From IMG/VR virus record IMGVR_UViG_2939152649_000001: a stretch of 33,657 nucleotides of DNA; one strand, 5' to 3'. Both the position numbers and the translations under genes were made by a program. Shown here piece after piece: positions 26,593 through 33,657 of the stretch. Source of the DNA: a virus (lineage: Duplodnaviria; Heunggongvirae; Uroviricota; Caudoviricetes). Below the pieces are notes generated by a model. That model did not search any database, was not told the DNA's origin, and saw only the letters and a program-made list of their open reading frames with translations. Every line of letters begins with the position of its first letter. Within the stretch, counting starts at the first letter, position 1.

Positions 26593-26895
26593 ATGAGCGA
26601 TAAGCAGACTGAAAAGACCATTCAACTGGATACCCCTATCAAGCGTGGTAAAACAGAAATCACCGAAATTGTGCTGCGCAAACCGCATTCCGGTGCGCTG
26701 CGCGGTACACGCCTGCAGGCGATTATGGATATGGATGTGAACGCGATGATGACCGTGATCCCCCGCATCTCCAGCCCGGCACTGACTGCACAGGAAATTG
26801 CAGAGATGGACCCGGCAGATCTCACTGCCATGTCGGTTGAGGTTGTCACTTTTTTGTTGAAGAAGTCGGTGCTTGCCGGTTTACCGACAGCCTGA
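26593..26895 (+). CDS. E: Tail assembly chaperone E
   Basis: 100-aa ORF upstream of the tape-measure gene containing a T TTT TTG slippery heptamer. Confidence 0.85.
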   Translation: MSDKQTEKTIQLDTPIKRGKTEITEIVLRKPHSGALRGTRLQAIMDMDVNAMMTVIPRISSPALTAQEIAEMDPADLTAMSVEVVTFLLKKSVLAGLPTA

Positions 26896-27029
26896 CGGTT
26901 GACGATCTGGTGGCAGATATCGCCACCATTTTTCACTGGCCGCCATCCGTTACTGACGTTATGCCGCTGACCGAAGTGCTGGAATGGCGGTATAAAGCGA
27001 TTCAGAGAAGCGGGGCCAACGATGAGTGA
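26593..27029 (+). CDS. Tail assembly chaperone E+E' (extended product by programmed -1 frameshift at 26850..26856)
   Basis: T-TTT-TTG lies in the zero frame (codons ACT TTT TTG); the -1 frame stays open for ~57 codons to a TGA at 27027..27029 overlapping the T start, the conserved chaperone arrangement. Confidence 0.7.
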
Positions 27030-30000
27030 TAACAACCTGCGTCTGCAGGTCATTCTTAATGCGGTTGACAAGCTCACCCGCCCATTTCGATCTGCGCAGG
27101 CCAGTTCAAGAGAACTGGCTGCTGCTGTCAAAAAATCCCGCGATGCAATAAAGCAGCTTGATCAGGCCGGGAGCAGTCTGGACAGCTTCCGAAAGCTGCA
27201 GGCAGAAAATCAGAAATTAGGCGACAGGCTGAACTATGCCCGCCAGCGTGCAAATTTGCTCAGTCAGGAACTGGGAGCGATGGGGCCGCCTTCGCAACGT
27301 CAGGTTGTTGCTCTGGGCCGTCAACGGCTGGCTGTTCAGCGCCTGGAAGAACGCCAGAAAAAGCTGCAGCAGCAGACGGCGCTTGTGCGTGCTGAACTGT
27401 ACCGGGCGGGAATTTCTGCGAAAGACGATGCGGGAGCAACTGCCCGTTTAGCCCGTGAAACATCACGTTATAACCAGGAACTTTCGAAACAGGAGGCGCG
27501 GCTGAAGCGACTGGGGGAAGCTCAGCGCAGGATGAATGCAGCGCGTGCCAGTTATGCCAGCTCGCTGGAGGTGCGTGATCGTATTGCAGGTGCCGGAGCC
27601 ACCACCACGGCTGCAGGGCTGGCAATGGGTGCGCCAGTGATGGCGGCAGTAAAAAGCTATACCAGCATGGAAGATGCCATGAAAGGTGTGGCAAAGCAGG
27701 TCAATGGTCTGCGTGACGATAATGGCAACCGCACTGCACGTTTTTATCAAATGCAGGATGCCATCAAGGCTGCCAGCGAACAGTTGCCGATGGAAAACGG
27801 TGCGGTGGACTTCGCTGCACTGGTTGAAGGTGGTGCGCGCATGAACGTCGCAAACCCTGACGACAGCTGGGAAGATCAGAAACGTGACCTGCTGGCCTTC
27901 GCCAGTACGGCAGCAAAGGCGGCAACAGCCTTTGAGCTGCCAGCGGATGAACTGTCAGAAAGTCTGGGGAAAATCGCCCAGCTCTACAAAATCCCCACCC
28001 GCAATATTGAACAGCTCGGTGATGCGCTGAACTATCTGGATGATAACGCCATGTCGAAAGGGGCAGACATCATTGATGTGATGCAACGTCTGGGCGGTGT
28101 GGCTGATCGTCTGGATTATCGTAAAGCGGCGGCGCTGGGTTCCACCTTCCTGACACTGGGCGCTGCGCCAGAGGTTGCAGCCAGTGCAGCAAACGCGATG
28201 GTGCGTGAATTGTCCATTGCCACCATGCAAAGCAAGAGTTTCTTTGAAGGGATGAATCTGCTGAAACTCAATCCTGAAGTGATTGAAAAGCAGATGACGA
28301 AGGATGCGATGGGAACCATCCAGCGCGTGCTGGAGAAGGTAAACACGCTGCCGCAGGATAAGCGTCTGTCTGCCATGACCATGTTGTTTGGTAAAGAGTT
28401 TGGCGATGACGCGGCGAAACTGGCAAACAACCTGCCGGAACTGCAGCGCCAGCTAAAACTGACAGCGGGCAATGATGCGCTCGGCTCCATGCAGAAAGAA
28501 TCCGACATCAACAAAGACTCACTTTCTGCGCAGTGGTTGCTGGTCAAAACCGGAGCGCAGAACACCTTCAGCAGCCTGGGCGAAACGCTGCGCCAGCCGC
28601 TGATGGATATTCTGTACACGGTGAAAAGCGTCACGGGGGCGTTGCGTCGCTGGGTGGAAGCTAACCCGGAACTGACAGGCACACTGATGAAAGCGTCGGC
28701 CGTTGTGGCTGCGGTTACCGTCGGCCTCGGCACCTTAGCGGTGGCGCTGGCTGCAGTGCTGGGGCCGCTGGCAGTGATCCGTCTGGGATTCTCTGTGCTG
28801 GGTATCAAAACGTTACCTTCCGTTACGGCAGCAGTAACACGAACCAGCAGCGCGTTGTCCTGGCTGGCTGGCGCTCCACTGGCACTGCTGCGACGCGGGC
28901 TTGCTTCATCGGGCAATGCTGCGGGTTTACTTACTGCGCCGTTGTCATCTTTGCGCCGTACGGCATCACTGACGGGAAATGTCCTGAAAACTGTAGCAGG
29001 TGCGCCAGTTGCACTGTTGCGGTCTGGATTATCCGGTTTACGTGCGGTTGCTGTGATGTTTATGAATCCACTGGCGGTACTGCGCGGTGGACTGACCGCC
29101 GCAGGCGCGGTGCTGCGAGTGCTGGCATCTGGTCCGCTGGCGATGCTGCGCGTTGCTCTGTATGCCGTATCTGGTCTGTTAGGTGCTCTGCTCAGTCCGA
29201 TAGGTCTTGTGGTTACTGCACTGGCGGGCGTGGCGCTGGTTGTCTGGAAATACTGGCAACCCATCACCGCATTTCTCGGTGGCGTGGTGGAAGGATTCAA
29301 AGCGGCGGCAGGTCCCGTCAGTGCTGCATTCGAACCACTTAAGCCTGTGTTTCAGTGGATTGGCGACAAAGTACAGGCGCTGTGGGGCTGGTTTACTGAT
29401 CTGCTTACGCCCGTTAAGTCGACCTCTGCCGAACTGCAGAGTGCAGCGGCAATGGGGCGACGATTCGGGGAGGCACTGGCGGAAGGGCTGAATATGGTCA
29501 TGCATCCGCTGGACTCCCTGAAATCCGGCGTTTCCTGGTTGCTGGAGAAGCTCGGCATTGTCAGTAAAGAGGCCGCAAAGGCAAAACTGCCGGAAAGCGT
29601 GACGCGTCAGCAACCTGCGACGGTGAATGCAGACGGTAAAGTGATGATGCCATCGGGTGGTTTTCCATCATGGGGATATGGCTTTGCGGGAATGTATGAC
29701 AGCGGCGGGTATATCCCGCGCGGGCAGTTTGGCATCGTCGGTGAAAACGGGCCGGAAATTGTTAACGGCCCGGCAAATGTGACCAGCCGGAGAAATACAG
29801 CTGCACTGGCTGCCGTTGTTGCCGGAATGATGGGCGTTGCTGCCGCGCCTGCAGAGCTTCCACCGTTGCACCCTTTGGCACTTCCAGCGAAAGGCGGCGA
29901 AGCGATGGTGAGTCGTGCAGCCACTGTGCCGCCCGTTCAACGGATTGAGGCACCGATGCAGATCATCATTCAGACGCAGCCAGGACAAAGTGCGCAGGAT

Positions 30001-30099
30001 ATTGCGCGGGAGGTGGCCCGCCAGCTTGATGAACGTGAACGCAGGCTGAAAGCAAAAGCCAGGAGTAACTACAGCGATCAGGGGGGATACGACGCATGA
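27022..30099 (+). CDS. T: Tail tape measure protein
   Basis: 1025-aa ORF with N-terminal coiled-coil region and a hydrophobic, Ala/Leu/Gly-rich repetitive central region, placed after E/E'. Confidence 0.9.
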   Translation: MSDNNLRLQVILNAVDKLTRPFRSAQASSRELAAAVKKSRDAIKQLDQAGSSLDSFRKLQAENQKLGDRLNYARQRANLLSQELGAMGPPSQRQVVALGRQRLAVQRLEERQKKLQQQTALVRAELYRAGISAKDDAGATARLARETSRYNQELSKQEARLKRLGEAQRRMNAARASYASSLEVRDRIAGAGATTTAAGLAMGAPVMAAVKSYTSMEDAMKGVAKQVNGLRDDNGNRTARFYQMQDAIKAASEQLPMENGAVDFAALVEGGARMNVANPDDSWEDQKRDLLAFASTAAKAATAFELPADELSESLGKIAQLYKIPTRNIEQLGDALNYLDDNAMSKGADIIDVMQRLGGVADRLDYRKAAALGSTFLTLGAAPEVAASAANAMVRELSIATMQSKSFFEGMNLLKLNPEVIEKQMTKDAMGTIQRVLEKVNTLPQDKRLSAMTMLFGKEFGDDAAKLANNLPELQRQLKLTAGNDALGSMQKESDINKDSLSAQWLLVKTGAQNTFSSLGETLRQPLMDILYTVKSVTGALRRWVEANPELTGTLMKASAVVAAVTVGLGTLAVALAAVLGPLAVIRLGFSVLGIKTLPSVTAAVTRTSSALSWLAGAPLALLRRGLASSGNAAGLLTAPLSSLRRTASLTGNVLKTVAGAPVALLRSGLSGLRAVAVMFMNPLAVLRGGLTAAGAVLRVLASGPLAMLRVALYAVSGLLGALLSPIGLVVTALAGVALVVWKYWQPITAFLGGVVEGFKAAAGPVSAAFEPLKPVFQWIGDKVQALWGWFTDLLTPVKSTSAELQSAAAMGRRFGEALAEGLNMVMHPLDSLKSGVSWLLEKLGIVSKEAAKAKLPESVTRQQPATVNADGKVMMPSGGFPSWGYGFAGMYDSGGYIPRGQFGIVGENGPEIVNGPANVTSRRNTAALAAVVAGMMGVAAAPAELPPLHPLALPAKGGEAMVSRAATVPPVQRIEAPMQIIIQTQPGQSAQDIAREVARQLDERERRLKAKARSNYSDQGGYDA

Positions 30100-30581
30100 T
30101 GATGGTGCTGGGATTGTACGTGTTTATGCTGCGCACCGTGCCGTATCAGGAGCTGCAGTATCAACGCAGCTGGCGACATGCGGCAAACAGCCGGGTAAAC
30201 CGACGTCCGTCCACGCAGTTTCTGGGACCGGACAACGACATGCTGACGCTTTCCGGTGTTCTTATGCCGGAGATAACAGGTGGCAGGCTGTCGTTGCTGG
30301 CACTGGAGCAGATGGCAGAACAGGGGAAAGCATGGCCCCTGATTGAAGGCAGCGGCACGATTTATGGCATGTATGTGATTGAGGGACTGAATCAGACTAA
30401 AACGGAGTTTTTCCGCGACGGTATGCCGCGCCGGATTGAGTTCACCCTGTCGCTCAAACGGGTGGATGAATCCCTGTCCGATATGTTCGGTGATCTCAGT
30501 GCGCAACTGAATAATCTGCAGGAAACGGCAACGTCTGCCTTAAGCGATATCAGTAAAACGGTGGGAGGGCTGCTGTCGTGA
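30096..30581 (+). CDS. U: Tail protein U
   Basis: 161-aa ORF overlapping the T stop; P2 gpU position and size. Confidence 0.85.
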   Translation: MMMVLGLYVFMLRTVPYQELQYQRSWRHAANSRVNRRPSTQFLGPDNDMLTLSGVLMPEITGGRLSLLALEQMAEQGKAWPLIEGSGTIYGMYVIEGLNQTKTEFFRDGMPRRIEFTLSLKRVDESLSDMFGDLSAQLNNLQETATSALSDISKTVGGLLS

Positions 30582-31678
30582 ATTTCAGCTCTGAACTGCT
30601 TAACAAAGGCAACAAAACTCCCGCATTCAGCATCAGTATTGAGGGCAGGGATATCACCACTGTGCTGGATAACCGCCTGATGAGTTTGACGCTGACGGAT
30701 AACCGGGGCTTTGAAGCGGACCAGCTTGATCTGGAGCTGGATGACGCTGACGGAAAAATCGTGCTGCCGCGCCGTGGTGCGGTCATTACGCTGGCGCTGG
30801 GCTGGAAGGGGCAGCCGCTTTTCCCTAAAGGGGCATTCACAGTGGACGAGATTGAACACACTGGCGCACCGGACCGCCTGACTATCCGGGCGCGAAGTGC
30901 TGATTTTCGGGAAACGCTGAATACCCGCCGTGAAAAATCGTGGCATAAGACCACCGTCGGGGAAGTGGTGAAGGAAATAGCCGCGCGGCACAAGCTGAAG
31001 ATGGCACTGGGTAAAGACCTGTCGGATAAGCCCGTGGAGCATATAGACCAGACTAATGAGAGTGACGGCAGTTTTCTGATGCGGCTGGCGCGACAGTACG
31101 GTGCCATCGCGTCGGTGAAAAATGGCAATCTGTTATTCATCCGGCAGGGGCAGGGCAAAAGCGCCACTGGTAAACCTCTGCCAGTGATCACTATCACACG
31201 CAAGGACGGCGACAGTCACCGATTTACCCTGGCAGATCGCGGAGCCTACACGGGCGTAATTGCCAGCTGGTTGCATACCCGCGAACCTGCGAAGAAAGAA
31301 AGCACCACGGTGAAGCGTAAGCGCAGAACTAAGAAGCAGAAGAAAGAGCCAGAAGCGAAGCAGGGCGATTACCTGGTGGGTACGGATGAAAACGTGCTGG
31401 TACTTAATCGCACTTATGCCAACCGGAGCAACGCCGAACGAGCGGCGAAAATGCAGTGGGAACGCCTGCAACGCGGCGTTGCGTCATTTTCGCTACAACT
31501 GGCAGAAGGGCGGGCAGATCTCTACACGGAAATGCCTGTGAAGGTCAGTGGTTTTAAACAGCCGATAGATGATGCGGAATGGACCATTACGACTCTGACA
31601 CATACCGTCAGCCCGGATAACGGTTTTACAACCAGTATTGAACTCGAAGTGAAGATTGATGATCTTGAAATGGAATAA
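30578..31678 (+). CDS. D: Tail protein D (late control D family)
   Basis: 366-aa ORF, last structural gene before ogr, with an internal basic KRKRRTKKQKKEPEAK segment. Confidence 0.9.
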   Translation: MNFSSELLNKGNKTPAFSISIEGRDITTVLDNRLMSLTLTDNRGFEADQLDLELDDADGKIVLPRRGAVITLALGWKGQPLFPKGAFTVDEIEHTGAPDRLTIRARSADFRETLNTRREKSWHKTTVGEVVKEIAARHKLKMALGKDLSDKPVEHIDQTNESDGSFLMRLARQYGAIASVKNGNLLFIRQGQGKSATGKPLPVITITRKDGDSHRFTLADRGAYTGVIASWLHTREPAKKESTTVKRKRRTKKQKKEPEAKQGDYLVGTDENVLVLNRTYANRSNAERAAKMQWERLQRGVASFSLQLAEGRADLYTEMPVKVSGFKQPIDDAEWTITTLTHTVSPDNGFTTSIELEVKIDDLEME

Positions 31679-31746
31679 AGCGTTCTCAATATTGATATTT
31701 TGTGTATCATTACAATAATTCTGATAGCAAAGGTAGGGATCTGGAT

Positions 31747-31965
31747 ATGATGAATTGTCCAAAGTGTGGTCATGCGGCACACACAAGGAGCAGTTTTCAA
31801 GTAACTGAAAGCACCAAAGAGCGTTACTGCCAGTGCCAAAATATTAACTGCGGGAGCACTTTTGTTACCCATGAAACAGTGGTCCGGTTTATTGTGACAC
31901 CCGCACTGATTGCTACTGCTCCTCCACATCCATTGCCAGGTGGTCAGGGGCATATGAATTTTTGA
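31747..31965 (+). CDS. ogr: Ogr/Delta/B-family zinc-finger late-gene transcriptional activator
   Basis: MMNCPKCGHAAHTRSS...KERYCQCQNINCGSTFVTHETVVRFIV...HPLPGGQ closely parallels P2 Ogr as recalled (Cys-x2-Cys ... Cys-x4-Cys zinc finger). Confidence 0.85.
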   Translation: MMNCPKCGHAAHTRSSFQVTESTKERYCQCQNINCGSTFVTHETVVRFIVTPALIATAPPHPLPGGQGHMNF

Positions 31966-31972
31966 GAAAGAG

Positions 31973-31996
31973 AACCTGCTACGGCAGGTTTTTATT
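31973..31996. terminator. Bidirectional rho-independent terminator between ogr and the convergent cargo gene
   Basis: AACCTGC-TACG-GCAGGTT hairpin (7-bp stem, 4-nt loop) followed by TTTTTATT on the plus strand and a CT-rich tract on the minus strand. Confidence 0.6.
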
Positions 31997-32474
31997 CATC
32001 TGGGATCTCACCCGTTTCAAGAAAATGTATAAAGCCAGGCTCATCTATGATGATTGTGCCTTTCATCCTGGCTGCCGATACTTTTGATGGGCCTGCATTG
32101 TAACCGCAACAGAGCATCTGAAGGCTTTGGGTTACAGAGGTTCTTACCGTTAATCCTTGTTCATTCGCCTTATCAACCAATCTTTCTTTATCTGCTTTCT
32201 TAAATCCGGTGAAACACACATCGAATGTATTTTTTTTCGGACCAGACTGCTTAGTGAGATGTGAGTAGTTTTCGGGGAGGAATGATGTGCATTCCTGAAT
32301 GGCTTGTTCTGGTGAATCGTACTGTTTAAGAATGCGGTCTTTTCGGAAGGTTTTTATTCGATCGGTGTTCTTACAAATGCCCTGTATATGATTTTCGCTA
32401 TAACTGATGCTCTGTATAGAGTGAACACCGATACGACCATTTGCATTGATGTAAACAAAGTGAAGTTCTTCCAT
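31992..32474 (-). CDS. Cargo protein of unknown function: N-terminal WYL-like region and C-terminal BRCT-like region
   Basis: 160-aa ORF with AGAGG ribosome-binding site. Residues ~5-47 (FVYINANGRIGVHSIQSISYSENHIQGICKNTDRIKTFRKDRI) fit the WYL pattern, including the R-x-F-R-x-D-R-I hallmark; residues ~83-150 (TFDVCFTGFKKADKERLVDKANEQGLTVRTSVTQS...GTIIIDEPGFIHFL) fit a BRCT-like pattern as in NAD-ligase C-termini. Domain calls by eye, not profile search. Confidence 0.8.
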   Translation of the reverse strand: MEELHFVYINANGRIGVHSIQSISYSENHIQGICKNTDRIKTFRKDRILKQYDSPEQAIQECTSFLPENYSHLTKQSGPKKNTFDVCFTGFKKADKERLVDKANEQGLTVRTSVTQSLQMLCCGYNAGPSKVSAARMKGTIIIDEPGFIHFLETGEIPDE

Positions 32475-32500
32475 GTCAAACCTCTTTGCATGATTTCAAG

Positions 32501-32539
32501 ATGGCGACAGGCAAGATGGACGCAAAAGTCTGTCGCCAT
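32501..32539. promoter_or_regulatory. Perfect 10-bp inverted repeat with 19-bp spacer in the leader of the cargo gene (candidate operator or RNA structure)
   Basis: ATGGCGACAG (32501-32510) and CTGTCGCCAT (32530-32539); lies 27 bp upstream of the cargo gene start codon on the minus strand. Confidence 0.5.
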
Positions 32540-32554
32540 TTTGCCGCCACTACC

Positions 32555-32589
32555 TAAGAAAAAGGGGCTACGCTTTCACGTAACCCCTT
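32555..32589 (-). terminator. Rho-independent terminator of ssrA, supplied by the prophage side of the att site
   Basis: On the ssrA strand: AAGGGGUUACG-UGAAAG-CGUAGCCCCUU (11-bp stem including one G-U pair) followed by UUUUUCUU, 9 nt past the mature CCA end. Confidence 0.7.
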
Positions 32590-32593
32590 GATT

Positions 32594-32642
32594 TATTTGG
32601 TGGAGCTGGCGGGAGTTGAACCCGCGTCCGAAATTCCTACAT
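32594..32642. repeat. 49-bp att core at the 3' end of ssrA (attR), direct repeat of 2837..2885
   Basis: Exact identity to the left copy. Confidence 0.9.
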
Positions 32643-32960
32643 CCTCGGTACTACATGCTTAGTCAGTCTTTACATTCGCTTGCCAGCTGCGGACGGACAC
32701 GCCACTAACAAACTAGCCTGATTAAGTTTTAACGCTTCAACCCCAGGCAGGACTTCCACGCGATCTCTTTTGGGTTTGACCTCTCTTGATCCCCGTCCTA
32801 AGAGCGGAGGCTAGGGAGAGAGGGCTCTAAGCAGGTTATTAAGCTGCTAAAGCGTAGTTTTCGTCGTTTGCGACTATTTTTTGCGGCTTTTTACGAGGCC
32901 AACCGCCCCTCGGCATGCACCTTGGGTTTCGCAAATCCCGTCGAATCCAGAATCAGCCCC
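32598..32960 (-). ncRNA. ssrA: tmRNA (transfer-messenger RNA), 363 nt
   Basis: Reverse complement reads GGGGCTGATTCTGGATTCGACGGGATTTGCGAAACCC ... GCAAACGACGAAAACTACGCTTTAGCAGCTTAA (ANDENYALAA tag) ... GGGTTCAACTCCCGCCAGCTCCACCA, matching E. coli tmRNA as recalled. Confidence 0.97.
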
Positions 32961-33174
32961 AATGTGTAAAGGTAAGTATACCAGATTTATGAGCGCCATG
33001 ACCAGCCTCAATGGCGTTATCGTTAAAGATTTAGCACCCATGTAGCCTGATTTTTATTCGATTAAGCAATGGGATGGCAACATTTGTGTCGGATGTGATA
33101 GCCAATAAGATGTTCATTCGCGCCGCCGGAGAGGGAGGCGCGGTGAGGAACTGGTCAATAATTGGAGTGCAGGT

Positions 33175-33657
33175 TTAACGGTGGGCGTTTTTCATGATAC
33201 GCGCTTTATCCACCTGCCATTCGCGCTCTTTGATATCTGAACGTTTATCGTGCTGTTTCTTACCTTTGGCGACGCCGATTTTCACTTTGCACCAGGCATT
33301 TTTCCAGTACAGGGAGAGCGCCACTACGGTATAGCCTTCTCGATTGACGCGACCGTACAATGAGTCCAGTTCGCGCTGGTTGAGAAGTAACTTGCGGGTA
33401 CGGGTAGGATCGCACACCACATGCGTGGAGGCCACTGCCATTGGCGTGATGTTTGCGCCAAACAGGAACGCTTCTCCGTCACGCAGAAGGACATAGCTGT
33501 CGCTGATATTGGCTTTTCCTGCGCGCAGGGATTTAACTTCCCAGCCTTGCAGGGCAAGTCCCGCTTCGAACTCTTCTTCGATAAAGTATTCGTGACGGGC
33601 GCGCTTGTTAAGCGCGATGGTCGCTGAACCAGGTTTATGTGCTTTTTTCTTCGTCAT
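33175..33657 (-). CDS. smpB: SsrA-binding protein SmpB
   Basis: 160-aa translation [72 protein letters not shown]... matches E. coli SmpB as recalled; start codon is the last triplet of the window. Confidence 0.97.

Larger units (their letters stand above)
2837..32642. mobile_element. P2/186-like temperate myovirus prophage (~29.8 kb) integrated at the 3' end of ssrA
   Basis: Bounded by 49-bp direct repeats; contains the full P2-family gene order from int to ogr, with 186-like regulatory genes (large CI, 169-aa CII, LexA-controlled tum locus). Confidence 0.93.

Noticed and set aside
28116-29300. 394-aa minus-strand ORF inside the tape-measure gene, plus other antisense ORFs there
   Set aside because: Antisense to T in an Ala/Gly-rich high-GC region; low-complexity Ser/Ala/Pro/Arg-rich translation typical of spurious reverse-strand frames.
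30392-31203. Two ~216-aa minus-strand ORFs opposite U and D
   Set aside because: Antisense to conserved tail genes; compositionally biased translations.
1-33657. CRISPR arrays, tRNA genes, rRNA genes or a serine invertase gene
   Set aside because: No short regularly spaced direct repeats, no tRNA-like cloverleaf other than the tmRNA tRNA-like end, and no ORF with an N-terminal serine recombinase signature were seen.

Overview
The window is an Escherichia-type chromosomal locus at smpB-ssrA (tmRNA) occupied by a complete ~29.8 kb P2/186-like temperate myovirus prophage (2837..32642), bounded by a 49-bp direct repeat of the ssrA 3' end. All calls rest on reading the translations and DNA by eye; no searches were run. 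Prophage gene order: int, 186-type cI, apl/cox, cII, small early ORFs, TraR-like zinc finger, dam, replication gene A, LexA-boxed tum/dinI-like module, candidate cos, then Q P (minus), O N M L X, lysis cassette, R S, V W J I H, tail-fibre assembly, FI FII E/E' T U D, ogr. The left flank (1..2885) holds older debris: a partial IS3-family element interrupted by a complete IS30, and an IS-truncated P4-type integrase fragment sharing the same att repeat. Most notable: (1) an acquired antisense 160-aa gene with WYL-like and BRCT-like regions between ogr and attR, of unknown function; (2) a Mu G-segment-like invertible tail-fibre cassette with hix/gix-like sites but no invertase in the window, whose alternative fibre end is out of frame across an A8 tract; (3) a split tum/dinI SOS module; (4) nested IS insertions.
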